DNA of 64,000 bases from NCBI GenBank assembly GCA_963667015.2, contig CAXXJJ010000001.1, positions 1,408,001 to 1,472,000 on the forward strand. The letters are read 5' to 3'. Below the pieces are notes generated by a model, which had not been told where the DNA came from, did not search any database, and worked only from the letters and a program-made list of their open reading frames with translations. Position numbers and translations under genes: made by a program. This document shows positions 1 to 9,403 of this stretch, piece by piece. The stretch's first letter is position 1, and each line of letters begins with the position of its first letter. Origin of the DNA: Desulfatiglandales bacterium. Lineage in GTDB: Bacteria > Desulfobacterota > DSM-4660 > Desulfatiglandales > HGW-15.

Positions 1-2
1 AC

Positions 3-230
3 TTCTTTGCCGCACATTTTGACCCTGCCGGATCTGCCTATGACAATCTCAAGAAAGCCCTGAGCAGCGGGTGGATAAACAGTTTTAATACAACTAACTC
101 AAATCCCATTGAACAGAAATACCTTGCCCTTGAAGGTTTTCACCTTGTACATGTCGCAGGATTTGTTGCAGATGTTATTAAGTCCATTCTGGCAGGTCAT
201 TCTACTTCTAAATATTTTGATGCCATTTAA
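3..230 (+). CDS. C-terminal fragment of a probable ribose-phosphate pyrophosphokinase (gene begins before the window)
   Basis: Open frame 3..230 reads FFAAHFDPAGSAYDNLKKAL...NTTNSNPI...VAGFVADVIKSILAGHSTSKYFDAI*, resembling the Prs C-terminus (ATH...VTNTIP...VAPLLAEAI...GESVSSLF). Not in the ORF track because it has no start. Confidence 0.55.
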   Translation, partial: FFAAHFDPAGSAYDNLKKALSSGWINSFNTTNSNPIEQKYLALEGFHLVHVAGFVADVIKSILAGHSTSKYFDAI

Positions 231-302
231 GGGGCTTCGGCCGGGGGTTTTTAAGGTTTTAGGGCTTATGATAATGAGCCATGTTATGTAAGAATAGTTC
301 AG

Positions 303-343
303 AAAACGTGATCCCGATGACTTCTCGGGAGCGCGTTTTTTTT
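303..343 (+). terminator. Stem-loop followed by a T-tract, probable intrinsic terminator
   Basis: aaaacgtgatcccga-tgacttc-tcgggagcgcgtttt followed by further Ts, downstream of the first CDS. Confidence 0.55.
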
Positions 344-356
344 GCCTTCCTATTAC

Positions 357-384
357 ATATTACATAACATACATTATCAGTTGG
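357..384 (-). other. dif-like XerC/XerD recombination site
   Basis: Minus strand reads CCAACTGATAA-TGTATG-TTATGTAATAT (11-6-11). Against E. coli dif GGTGCGCATAA-TGTATA-TTATGTTAAAT the XerD arm matches 9/11, the spacer 5/6, and the inner ATAA of the XerC arm is conserved. Confidence 0.55.
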
Positions 385-513
385 CCTAAAGCCTGTTGGT
401 GGGGGACTCAAGCGGCTGAAAGGAGCGTACAAGATAAGTCATGCCGAAGATCCAGAGTTGTGTTCGGGGGCTGCACCCGGAGTCAGCAGAAGCCCGAAGG
501 GCTGAACCCTCCA
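385..513 (+). other. GC-rich structured non-coding segment, possible end of a mobile element or an RNA
   Basis: GC-rich patch in AT-rich DNA with hairpins cgggg-gctgca-cccg and agccc-gaa-gggct; directly abuts the dif-like site; no credible ORF. Confidence 0.35.
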
Positions 514-528
514 GTGTTTTTTATGATG

Positions 529-753
529 TTATTTATTTTTGTATGCTTCCAGGAATTCTCCCGGAGAGACGCCGGCCTGTTTAATTGCGCTTCTGAGTGT
601 TCCTATGGCAAGTTCTTTATGCCTGGGGATGACGCATCCTTTATGTTCCCTGCGCATGACAACATGGCTGCCTTTTTGCCTTGCCTCGCAGAATCCAAGC
701 CGTTTAAATATTTTTATAGCTTCATCACCTGAGATGTGTGGTAGCTCAGGCAT
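529..753 (-). CDS. hicA: HicA-family toxin (mRNA interferase)
   Basis: RQKGSHVVM..VIPRHKELAIGTLRSAIKQAG motif. Start at MPELP (753) overlaps the hicB stop (ATGCCTGA). Confidence 0.92.
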   Translation of the reverse strand: MPELPHISGDEAIKIFKRLGFCEARQKGSHVVMRREHKGCVIPRHKELAIGTLRSAIKQAGVSPGEFLEAYKNK

Positions 754-952
754 TGGCAGAGACTTCAAATGTTGTAAGAATAGATCGGGAGCTTTGATTT
801 ATGGGAAACTCCTCAAGGTAAAGTTCTGTAGCTTCCTGAAGATTTTTAACAGCCTCCTCAATAGTTTCTCCCTGGCTTGCGGTTCCTATTTCAGGGCATT
901 CTGCAATATAAAGGTTGTCTTCTTTATGAATTATGGCTGTGTAGGTACTCAT
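746..952 (-). CDS. hicB: Short HicB-family antitoxin without a DNA-binding domain
   Basis: YIAECPEIGTASQGETIEEAVKNLQEATELYLE motif, 68 aa, upstream of hicA. Confidence 0.92.
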   Translation of the reverse strand: MSTYTAIIHKEDNLYIAECPEIGTASQGETIEEAVKNLQEATELYLEEFPINQSSRSILTTFEVSANA

Positions 953-1054
953 AATTTACTCCATTATTTATTAAAAAAATTTCTATCGAAAAAACCAGGT
1001 AATTTTACTGGAAACTTCCTCCTAAATCAAGATTCTCCTTATTTGCGAGAATAT

Positions 1055-1249
1055 TCAAATATTTATGTTATAAAATCCTTGCCTTAATCTATAGCTGCCC
1101 TACAACTCACCTGATAATTTTTTGATGTTATATTGCTGTAACGGATCTTCAGCGAGTCTTGAAAAAGCCAGGTTAAGTCTCTTAGCCGTAACAGTATCAG
1201 CCTTCTGGTAAAACTTGGCAGTCTTACGAGAAAGTTCTATTTTATACAT
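1055..1249 (-). pseudogene. relE: RelE/ParE-family toxin pseudogene
   Basis: ATG at 1249 overlaps the antitoxin stop; reads MYKIELSRKTAKFYQKAD...RLAEDPLQQYNIKKLSGEL*GSYRLRQG..* with in-frame TAG at 1100-1102 and early TGA at 1055-1057. Confidence 0.8.
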
Positions 1250-1469
1250 CTCTCTTAATGTCTTTCCAGCTTATGGTGTTTCCGGTTTTAATATCTTCTT
1301 TTGCTTTCCGGTAATCTTCCATAAAACTATCATCATTAAGAAGCGCCAGGGTTTCATCTTCATCACTGACCTTTAAATCCTCCAAAAAGTTCAAAGCAAT
1401 TTTAAGCTTTTGTGGAGGCAGCGCTTTAATAGCGCCTTCTATTTTATTTTTTATCTCGGTAAGTTCCAA
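1242..1469 (-). CDS. Probable antitoxin of the RelE-type pair
   Basis: 75-aa acidic protein ending AKEDIKTGNTISWKDIKRDV, coupled to the relE remnant. Confidence 0.7.
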   Translation of the reverse strand: MELTEIKNKIEGAIKALPPQKLKIALNFLEDLKVSDEDETLALLNDDSFMEDYRKAKEDIKTGNTISWKDIKRDV

Positions 1470-1591
1470 AATGTCCTCAATTTAATAGTTTGCCAATAGG
1501 GTAATATACTCTAAAAAGAGACGCAAGTTAAGAATGAAGTATTAGATTTATTTAGTAGATAGCTGTATCAGCCCTTAAATATGAAATGATT

Positions 1592-1627
1592 AAAGGCGGT
1601 TGAGGTTTTTTACCTCTAACCACCTTT
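1592..1627 (-). terminator. Hairpin downstream of uvrA, probable terminator
   Basis: aaaggcggttgagg...cctctaaccaccttt inverted repeat with A/T flanks. Confidence 0.5.
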
Positions 1628-1672
1628 TGTTTTTTCTCTGCGTTCTCTGTGAGCCCTGCGAGAGATAAGTCT

Positions 1673-4519
1673 TTAGCTTTTAAGCATTTCCTTTAAAAAC
1701 ATACCCGTATGGCTGCCCTTTACCTTCGCAACATCCTCGGGAGTTCCCTCTGCAACTATATGACCGCCCTCATCACCGCCTTCAGGTCCAAGGTCGATTA
1801 CCCAGTCAGCGGTCTTTATTACATCAAGGTTATGCTCTATCACTATTATTGTATTGCCCGCATCAGTAAGGGTGTGCAGCACATCAAGCAGTTTCTGGAT
1901 GTCCGCAAAGTGAAGCCCTGTGGTGGGTTCATCCAGGATATATACCGTATCACCCGTTGCAACCCTGGCAAGCTCCTTGGCAAGTTTAACGCGCTGTGCC
2001 TCTCCTCCTGAAAGTGTCAGGGCGCTCTGTCCCAGCTTTACATATCCCAGGCCAACATCCGAAAGGGTCTGGATTATTTTTTTAATCTTCGGGATGTTTT
2101 CAAAAAATATTAATGCCTCGTCAACATCCATGTCAAGTACATCCGAGATATTTTTTCCCTTGTAGTGGACCTGCAGGGTTTCCTTGTTAAAGCGTGTGCC
2201 TTTGCATATGTTGCAGGTTACCCACACATCGGCAAGAAAATGCATCTCAACCCTTTTTTTTCCGTGCCCCTGGCAGGACTCGCACCTTCCGCCCTTTACA
2301 TTAAAACTGAAACGGCCTGGTTTATATCCCCTTGCCTTTGAATCGGGCAGCTGCGCAAAAAGATCCCTGATATGGTTCATGAGCTGGACATAGGTCGCGG
2401 GATTTGAACGGGGGGTACGTCCGATTGGTGACTGTGTTATATTTATTATTTTGTTTATGTTGTTTAAGCCGTTTATGCGTTTATGTTTTCCGGGCCTGTT
2501 ATCCGAATTATGCAGTACCTTTGCAATGGCCGGGTATAATGTCTGTGCCACAAGTGATGACTTTCCGCTTCCTGATACACCCGTAACGCATGTAAATAGT
2601 CCTATGGGAAAACTTGCCTTCAGCTTTTTAAGGTTGTTCTGTTCAGCGTCAACAACAGTTATCCATTTGCCGTTTGAGGGCCGCCTTATGCCGTTTGGCG
2701 AAGTCACTTTGAGCTCATGGCTCAGGTATTTTCCTGTAAGTGATTTCTTCTTTTTTATGATTTTCTTTAAAGGTCCCTCTGCGACTACCCATCCGCCGTT
2801 TACCCCTGCTCCGGGTCCAAGATCTACGATCCAGTCGGCAGTTGCCATTGTCTCTTCATCATGCTCAACCACTACCACCGTATTGCCAAGATCCCTCAGT
2901 CGCACCAGTGTATCGAGCAGCCTGCGGTTGTCGCGCTGGTGAAGACCTATGGATGGTTCGTCGAGCACGTAAAGTACGCCCGAAAGCCCGCAGCCGATCT
3001 GGCTGGCTAGGCGGATACGCTGACCCTCTCCCCCTGAAAGGGTAGATGCCGGGCGGTCAAGGGTAAGATAGTGAAGGCCTACATTGAGAAGAAACTGTAG
3101 CCGCTCGCCAATCTCCTTTAAAACCTCTTCCGAGATCTCTCTCTCTTCATCTGACATCCGGGGTATCAGGTCTCTTACCCAGGCCGATGATTCGCCTATG
3201 GACATCTCGGTAATTTCAATAATATTTTTGTCTCCAACTGTAACTGCGCAGCTTTCGGGGCGGAGTCTTTTTCCGTTGCAGGTAGAGCATGGCTGGGTGC
3301 TCATAAATGAACCATACCACTTGCGGGTAAATTCCGATCTTGTCTGGTGATACCTCCGGCGGATCGAGTTTACCTCGCCTTCATGCAGTCCTTTATATTC
3401 TCCGCTGCTCCGGGTATTATCCCATTTCCATACTATCTTTGCTCCGCCATAGAGAATGGCGTCCTGGCATTTTTTTGAAAGATCTTTCCATTTGGTATTA
3501 AGATCGTGTCCGTACTGCTCCACAATCTGTTTTGCTATCTTATACCTTCCGCCGTTTGTCTTTTTGGCAATTTCTCCCCATGTCCTGACCGCTCCCTGGT
3601 TGATTGTCTTATCCTGATCATAGAAAAGCTCGGGATCAACCTCCAGCCGGGTACCAAGGCCGTTACATTCGGGACACATACCGATCGGTGAATTGAAACT
3701 GAACATTGCAGGTGTAAGCCTTGGAAAACTCATTCCGCAGTCCACGCATGAATTAAGCTCGGATAAAAGCCACTCACTGTCATCACCTTTATCCACAACA
3801 ATAAGGCCGTCACCCGCCTTAAGCGCGGTTTCAACTGAATCAGTAAGTCTTGTAGTAAACGATCCGTTTGCTTCGTTTTCATCCGGGACAATCAACCTGT
3901 CCACTATCAGCTCAATATTATGTTTTTTCTTTTTATCCAGGGTGATCTCTTCATCAAGGGATCTTACTTCTCCATTCACGCGTACGCGGGTAAAGCCTTC
4001 CGAACGGGCATTTAAAAATGTGTCCTTGAAGGTGCCCTTGCGGTTGCGGGCAAGGGGCGCCAGTATCTGCAGACGGGTTTTGGGTGGAAGCACTGCGACC
4101 TGTTCCACTATCTCCTGGGCAGACTGGGCCTTTACCTTTTTGCCGCATTTCGGGCAGTGAGGTATTCCTATGCCGGAATATAACACGCGCAGATAGTCAT
4201 ATATCTCGGTTACAGTAGCTACCGTTGATCTCGGATTTTTGCTTACAGCCTTCTGCTCAATTGCAATGGCCGGGCTCAGGCCGCCTATATAGTCCACCCT
4301 GGGTTTTTCTGTCTGGTCTATAAACTGCCGGGCATAGGAAGATAAGGATTCCACATATCGTCTCTGCCCCTCGGCGTACAGGGTGTCAAATGCCAGGCTG
4401 GATTTTCCGCTGCCGGAAACCCCTGTTATAACGACAAGTTTAAACCTTGGGAGTTTTACATCAATATTTTTCAGGTTGTGCTCTCTCGCACCCTTGATAA
4501 GTATATCTTCTAAAAACAT
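1673..4519 (-). CDS. uvrA: Excinuclease ABC subunit A
   Basis: 948 aa; GAREHNLKN, two Walker A motifs [10 protein letters not shown], two LSGGE signatures, CxxC zinc modules. Confidence 0.98.
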   Translation of the reverse strand: MFLEDILIKGAREHNLKNIDVKLPRFKLVVITGVSGSGKSSLAFDTLYAEGQRRYVESLSSYARQFIDQTEKPRVDYIGGLSPAIAIEQKAVSKNPRSTVATVTEIYDYLRVLYSGIGIPHCPKCGKKVKAQSAQEIVEQVAVLPPKTRLQILAPLARNRKGTFKDTFLNARSEGFTRVRVNGEVRSLDEEITLDKKKKHNIELIVDRLIVPDENEANGSFTTRLTDSVETALKAGDGLIVVDKGDDSEWLLSELNSCVDCGMSFPRLTPAMFSFNSPIGMCPECNGLGTRLEVDPELFYDQDKTINQGAVRTWGEIAKKTNGGRYKIAKQIVEQYGHDLNTKWKDLSKKCQDAILYGGAKIVWKWDNTRSSGEYKGLHEGEVNSIRRRYHQTRSEFTRKWYGSFMSTQPCSTCNGKRLRPESCAVTVGDKNIIEITEMSIGESSAWVRDLIPRMSDEEREISEEVLKEIGERLQFLLNVGLHYLTLDRPASTLSGGEGQRIRLASQIGCGLSGVLYVLDEPSIGLHQRDNRRLLDTLVRLRDLGNTVVVVEHDEETMATADWIVDLGPGAGVNGGWVVAEGPLKKIIKKKKSLTGKYLSHELKVTSPNGIRRPSNGKWITVVDAEQNNLKKLKASFPIGLFTCVTGVSGSGKSSLVAQTLYPAIAKVLHNSDNRPGKHKRINGLNNINKIINITQSPIGRTPRSNPATYVQLMNHIRDLFAQLPDSKARGYKPGRFSFNVKGGRCESCQGHGKKRVEMHFLADVWVTCNICKGTRFNKETLQVHYKGKNISDVLDMDVDEALIFFENIPKIKKIIQTLSDVGLGYVKLGQSALTLSGGEAQRVKLAKELARVATGDTVYILDEPTTGLHFADIQKLLDVLHTLTDAGNTIIVIEHNLDVIKTADWVIDLGPEGGDEGGHIVAEGTPEDVAKVKGSHTGMFLKEMLKS

Positions 4520-4775
4520 TTTAAATACCGTCTGTGATTGAGATTTAGAAAAAACGAAACATTATACTGTTATAAAAATATGGTAAAGCTAATAATTGTA
4601 AAAGCAGCTTTCAACTGTAAGTCCGAAAAAAGATTATCATGCAGGGTATGACATAAAATGTCAGAGGTATTGAAAATTTGAAATAATCTGGAAAATCAGT
4701 GCTATTGAGTTGGAATTATGGGGAATGAACATAGAATTATTGAAAATAAACCCGATATAAAGCAGTCTCGAAAAA

Positions 4776-4799
4776 GCTGAACGCTGATAGCTGACAGCT
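4776..4799 (+). repeat. Heptamer tandem repeat (GCTGAnn)x3
   Basis: gctgaac-gctgata-gctgaca-gct. Confidence 0.6.
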
Positions 4800-4829
4800 T
4801 GAAATCAAATAACAATTTTTAATCTCAAT

Positions 4830-5234
4830 TTACCTGTCGTATTTCCCTGCCTGTCCCACTATAAAATGGAAAATTGGCCGTTCCACCTTATGAAAAATTA
4901 TGGGACAGTGTTTTGTTCCTTTGGGTATAAAAATAAGGCAGCTGTTTGTGAGTTCATATTTTTCATCCTCAATCCAGAACTCCACTTCTCCGCACAGATC
5001 TCTGGTATCATCCGGATTAGTTCCGAAAAGGGTGACAATTTCATCAAAATCATGGGAATGGGATTCGCCTTCCATTATAATCTTTTCAGGTTTGGGCCAT
5101 ATCCAGGCTACATCTGAAAAAAAAGGTGTATTTGCAGCTATATCCTCATTGAACTGAAATAAAAGAGTGCCAATTTCATCTTTTCCTCTATTAAATTCCT
5201 TATTAATCAGGTGTTCATACTTTTTTTCAGTCAT
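4830..5234 (-). CDS. Cupin-like hypothetical protein
   Basis: HSHDFDE...GEVEFWI...IFIPKGTKHCP cupin metal motif; GGGAGG RBS. Confidence 0.75.
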   Translation of the reverse strand: MTEKKYEHLINKEFNRGKDEIGTLLFQFNEDIAANTPFFSDVAWIWPKPEKIIMEGESHSHDFDEIVTLFGTNPDDTRDLCGEVEFWIEDEKYELTNSCLIFIPKGTKHCPIIFHKVERPIFHFIVGQAGKYDR

Positions 5235-5413
5235 TTTCGGCCTCCCATTTATAAGTGTAATTGTGTTATGATAACATAACTTAAAATAAACAGCCTTGCT
5301 ATAAAAAAATGGTTTGAGGTATATGGTGTAAGGTATCAGAAGTTTTATTCTTCATACCACATGCAGCAGCTGCAATTTATGGAATTCTAAATACTGATTC
5401 AAAGGGAGTAGAA

Positions 5414-6091
5414 ATGGAACTCAAGCAAATCTTCGAATACACCGAACAGATTGGATTTTTAACATTTTCTACAATTGAAGACGGCTGTGTTCATTCCAGG
5501 ATAGCCCATTTTTATGCCTGTGATGATGACGGTCTTTATCTCAGGACGATGTTCATAAAACCCTTTTATAAGCAGATGATTAAATCCGGCAATCTTGCTG
5601 TGTGCGGCATGTATCCCTCGTCAAAGATTTCGGGCGCCGATGAAAATGGCGTTCCGAATTTTGAACCGGGATATACACTGAGGATAACCGGAAATGTAAG
5701 AGAGTTATCTGAAGATGAAGTCAGGAAAAAAGCGGAAACAAACGAGCAGTTCAAAGTAGCGCTTTTTGATATGAAAAAATACCCTGCCACCCGGAACCTT
5801 ATCATGTATAAAGGCAGAGGTGAGATCTATGACTTTGATTATGAAATGGTGAACCGGGACCATAAGCTGCTGAGAAAACGCTTTGCCTTTGGCGGGGCAG
5901 TGTATTATCTTCCGGGGAACGTTATCCTTGCCGATAAGTGCACGGAATGCGGTGCCTGTTATGAGGTATGTACCTTCAAGGCGATAAAACCGGGGAGTCC
6001 TTACAGTATGATCGGAGAAAGATGTGATGAATGCGGATCATGTATTCTTGCCTGTCCTGAAGATGCAATTGTCCAACCCAAAACGATATGA
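5414..6091 (+). CDS. PNPOx-like FMN-binding domain fused to a 2x[4Fe-4S] ferredoxin
   Basis: N-terminal FLTFSTI..VHSRIAHF..GLYLRT..KPFYKQM split-barrel pattern; C-terminal CxxCxxCxxxC twice. Confidence 0.85.
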   Translation: MELKQIFEYTEQIGFLTFSTIEDGCVHSRIAHFYACDDDGLYLRTMFIKPFYKQMIKSGNLAVCGMYPSSKISGADENGVPNFEPGYTLRITGNVRELSEDEVRKKAETNEQFKVALFDMKKYPATRNLIMYKGRGEIYDFDYEMVNRDHKLLRKRFAFGGAVYYLPGNVILADKCTECGACYEVCTFKAIKPGSPYSMIGERCDECGSCILACPEDAIVQPKTI

Positions 6092-6435
6092 CAAGTTTAA
6101 TGGCTGATAAATATCCTGTAATCTTATAGCCTCATGGAGGGGGACCAAATGAAAATTCTTGGAATATCCGGAAGTTCAAGGGATGAATCCGTTTCCGGGA
6201 CATACAGGCTTGTAAAAACTGTCCTGGACAATACCGGTATTGACTATGATCTTATTTCCCTTAAGGGGAAAAAGATCTCAGGATGCATATCATGCCTCAA
6301 TTGTGCAAAGGAAAATGTCTGCAGCATAAAGGATGATATGTATGACCTGAGGGATAAAATAATCGATGCCGATGCCTATGTGATCGGGGCGCCTAATTTT
6401 TACAGCACCCTTAATGCCATTACACACGCCTTTAT

Positions 6436-7099
6436 TTTAACATAGAAAACCATGTCCTTTGGGCATGGTCAGAGTTCAAAGGCTTTGCCATTTGAACGAC
6501 TCATTGCTACTCCTAAACACTGAGTTGTCCCACCAACAACAGTGAAAGGAGAAGACAATGAGTCGATTTAGAAAGTTATCACATGCATTATGGCATTGCC
6601 AGTATCATATGGTCTGGGTCCCCAAATATCGTCACAAAATTCTTGGAGGAGAAATAGGTCAAGAAGTTGCAGACTGTATAAGGACATTTTCAGCTTAATA
6701 AGATGTTGAAATATTAGAGATGAATATACAACCTGATCATATTCACCTAGTGACCATGATACCACCAAAGCTATCAATATCAGATTACTGTGGTATCGTA
6801 AAAGGTAGAACAGCGATACGTGTTTTCAACAAATACAAAGGCTTAAAGCAAAAACCGTATTGGGGAAACCATTTCTGGTCAAAAGGCTACTGCGTTGATA
6901 CAGTAGGTTTGGATTCAGAAATGATAAGGAAATATGTAAAGTATCAAGACTCCCAAGAGCGTAAAGAAGAACAACAGATCAAATTATTCTAAATATTATA
7001 AGGGGCAACTCGATATCCTTGCCCCATTGGGAGCAAGGTAGACTTATCCCCTTTTAGGGGTAAACACAATACCACCTCCTCTGGGGGTGGATTCTTTAT
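6436..7099 (+). mobile_element. IS200-type element (IS200/IS605 family, tnpA only)
   Basis: Inserted after TTTAT (6431-6435) and ends in TTTAT (7095-7099); subterminal hairpins accatgtcc-ttt-gggcatggt (6449-6469) and ccacctcc-tct-gggggtgg (7072-7090). Boundaries are ambiguous by a few bp. Confidence 0.9.
6558..6992 (+). pseudogene. tnpA: Y1 (HUH) transposase with two in-frame stops
   Basis: MSRFRKLSHALWHCQYHMVWVPKYR...FSA**DVEILEMNIQPDHIHL...HFWSKGYCVDTVG...IRKYVKYQ; TAA TAA at 6696-6701. Confidence 0.92.
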
Positions 7100-7625
7100 T
7101 GAACGGTGGTATCAGTTCAGGCACCAGGCCGGTGAATCACTGTGGGGCAAACTCGCAGTAGCGGTTGGAGTTGGAGGAAGTAACGGAGACGGCCCGGTAA
7201 ATGATCTTGAAAGATTTTTTATGTACAGTTTTATCGAGACTGTTGCCAAGGTATCAGGACAGGGCGCTGCAGCCTGCTTTACATGCGGTTACGGTGAAAC
7301 CTGCGCGGTGGGTATCCCCAGAATGACCATGGGAGAGAATGTGAAGATAACACCCGATATTATTCCGGATGTAGACAAACAGCCGGAACTGTTAAAGGCT
7401 GCGGAAGATGCCGGAAGGCTGCTGGGTAAAAGATTGAAGGGCGGGCATGACAGGAAGCAGGTAACGGCAAATGTACAGAAAAAAATGATGGAATTGTTTG
7501 CGAAATCGACGTAAACTGGGCCAAAAAAATTAAAAAAGCATTGCAGGGGAAGCCACAGGGAGCTGCCGCTACAAGCAAATGAAATTGCTGTATCAGAACG
7601 AATACGGAACAGAAAAGGATAACTA

Positions 7626-8450
7626 ATGGATTTTATTGAAATTGACAGAGATAAATGCAACCAGGACGGAATATGTTTGACCGCGTGCCCATCAAGGCTT
7701 CTCGAAAATGACAAAGACGGTTTTCCTGTAACTGTCGAAGATGCGGCATCCATGTGTATACGCTGCGGGCACTGTGTGGCAGTATGCCCAAAAGGAGCAC
7801 TTAAGCACAGCATACTTGATTTCCACAGGTTTGAAACCTTTGATGAAGAATTCAGGATGACCGGGGAACAGTGTGAAAACTTTTTTAAAAGCAGGCGCTC
7901 CATCAGGTCATACAAGGAAAAAGCCGTTTCCGAGGATAAACTCACAAGGCTGATCGACATTGCCAGGTATGCACCGACAGCACGGAATGCCCAGGGGGTC
8001 AGATGGCTTGTTGTTACAGATAAGACTGAATTAAAGAAATACTCCTCCCTTGTAATTGAATTTAACGAGACCGTATTAAGTGGCGGTGTTCCCGGGGTTA
8101 ACCCTAACCCTCATATGCAGAAGCTGATAGACGACTACAGGGCAGGGTATGACATGATATTAAGGGATGCCCCTGCACTTGTCATTACACACGGTAACAT
8201 TAAAAACCGCCTTGCCCATAATGACTGCATAATAGCTGCTTCATACCTTGAGATAGCGGCAACCGGACTTGGGCTTGGCGGATGCTGGGCAGGTTTTTTT
8301 ATGACTGCAGCAGCAAATTATAAACCCCTTATGGATTCCCTTGCCCTTCCCGAAGGGCATCAGTGTTTCGGGGCAATTATGGTAGGGTATCCCCGATTCA
8401 GGTATCACAGGATACCCATAAGGAGGCAACCTAAAATAACCTGGAGGTAA
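7626..8450 (+). CDS. Nitroreductase-family protein with N-terminal ferredoxin domain
   Basis: CNQDGICLTACP and CIRCGHCVAVCP; RRSIRSY; APTARNAQ; GLGGCW. Confidence 0.93.
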   Translation: MDFIEIDRDKCNQDGICLTACPSRLLENDKDGFPVTVEDAASMCIRCGHCVAVCPKGALKHSILDFHRFETFDEEFRMTGEQCENFFKSRRSIRSYKEKAVSEDKLTRLIDIARYAPTARNAQGVRWLVVTDKTELKKYSSLVIEFNETVLSGGVPGVNPNPHMQKLIDDYRAGYDMILRDAPALVITHGNIKNRLAHNDCIIAASYLEIAATGLGLGGCWAGFFMTAAANYKPLMDSLALPEGHQCFGAIMVGYPRFRYHRIPIRRQPKITWR

Positions 8451-8455
8451 CGGAT

Positions 8456-8650
8456 ATGAAAATGGAACAGATTATAAGGGCAGTAGCAGGTTGTTTTATT
8501 CTGATTTCTCTGGCGCTTGGATATCTCCACAGCCCCTACTGGCATCTTTTTACCGCCTTTGTGGGGCTCAATCTCCTCCAGTCGGCCTTTACCAGGTGGT
8601 GCCTCATGGAAGACATACTGGCAAAGTTTGGTGTTAAAAAGGAATGCTGA
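8456..8650 (+). CDS. DUF2892/YgaP-like small membrane protein
   Basis: IIRAVAG...FVGLNLLQSAFTRWC two-TM pattern. Confidence 0.85.
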   Translation: MKMEQIIRAVAGCFILISLALGYLHSPYWHLFTAFVGLNLLQSAFTRWCLMEDILAKFGVKKEC

Positions 8651-8654
8651 AACA

Positions 8655-8712
8655 GGTTTAGGATATACGGTATGAGGTTTAGGGCTTTTCCTTATGCCTC
8701 ACACCGTAAACC
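8655..8712. repeat. Heptamer-periodic imperfect inverted repeat (hairpin)
   Basis: aggttta-ggatata-cggtatg-aggttta pairs with ccttatg-cctcaca-ccgtaaa-cc. Confidence 0.55.
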
Positions 8713-8936
8713 ATTATCTTCAAGCTGATCCGATCAGCTTTATTCCCCCGGTGGTTTCTGACCTATACCGGAAACAAAGGATATATTTTTATCTTCCCTC
8801 TTTTTGAACCGAGATTTCTTCTTCATTATAAATAAATCGAGTACATTATATTGTTCTCTACTGAGCTTGGCTGATCAATTGAAAAATAAATCTTGACCTG
8901 TCACCTCCCACAACCACAATATCGCCTGCTGCTTAT

Positions 8937-9344
8937 TTATTTTGATTTCTTAATCCGTGTTGCCACGGCTTCTTCGGTTCCATAGGTGCCAGCCTGACGG
9001 GTTAATTTTAGCTCATCTCCTGCCAGTTTACCCGTGGATGACATTTGCACATCATTATTATATACCCATACGAAAGTAATCTTATCTCCTTCTATTTTAC
9101 CTTCTGTTATTTCACTTTCACTTTTATTTCCGCTCATTTCAGCGACAACACTTCCGGTGAGTACTTTACCGGTAACTTTAAATGTATAGTGACAGTTCAT
9201 TTCACCGATCGGCGTATTATAGGTTGCCTGCCATTCACCTGCGATACTTTTATCCGGCGTATTTTGTGCACCTGCGGTAGTAATTCCACACAATACCAGT
9301 ACTAGAGTGAAGCTTATTGTCCATACAATCATCAGTTTTTTCAT
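8937..9344 (-). CDS. Secreted beta-rich hypothetical protein
   Basis: Signal peptide ending AGA-Q; IAGEW...TFKVTGKVLTG...GKIEGDKITF; AAGGAG RBS. Confidence 0.8.
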   Translation of the reverse strand: MKKLMIVWTISFTLVLVLCGITTAGAQNTPDKSIAGEWQATYNTPIGEMNCHYTFKVTGKVLTGSVVAEMSGNKSESEITEGKIEGDKITFVWVYNNDVQMSSTGKLAGDELKLTRQAGTYGTEEAVATRIKKSK

Positions 9345-9403
9345 TTTTAATCTCCTTTATAATTAAATGATTATCAATATTTCCGGTAAATGATTGATTA
9401 ACT

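Larger units (their letters stand above)
6149..7514 (+). pseudogene. Iron-sulfur flavoprotein / NADPH-dependent FMN reductase gene split by IS200
   Basis: 6149-6436 gives MKILGISGSSR...CISCLNC..C...ITHAFI; 7101-7514 continues in register ERWYQFRH...GKLAVAVGVGG...CFTCGYGETC. Removing the IS gives one 233-aa ORF. Confidence 0.9.

Noticed and set aside
109..1087. Plus-strand ORFs 109-291, 460-732 and 539-1087
   Set aside because: Off-frame or antisense overlaps of the prs-like fragment and hicBA, with no recognisable motifs.
1100..1102. Pyrrolysine or amber readthrough of the TAG in relE
   Set aside because: The frame also loses RelE similarity and stops at 1055, and no pyl genes are in the window; simple decay is more economical.
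4520..4620. LexA/SOS box upstream of uvrA
   Set aside because: No convincing match to the LexA motifs I know.
6696..6701. Programmed recoding of TAA TAA in tnpA
   Set aside because: Both halves are in the same frame with no slippery site, and TAA is used as a normal stop throughout the window.
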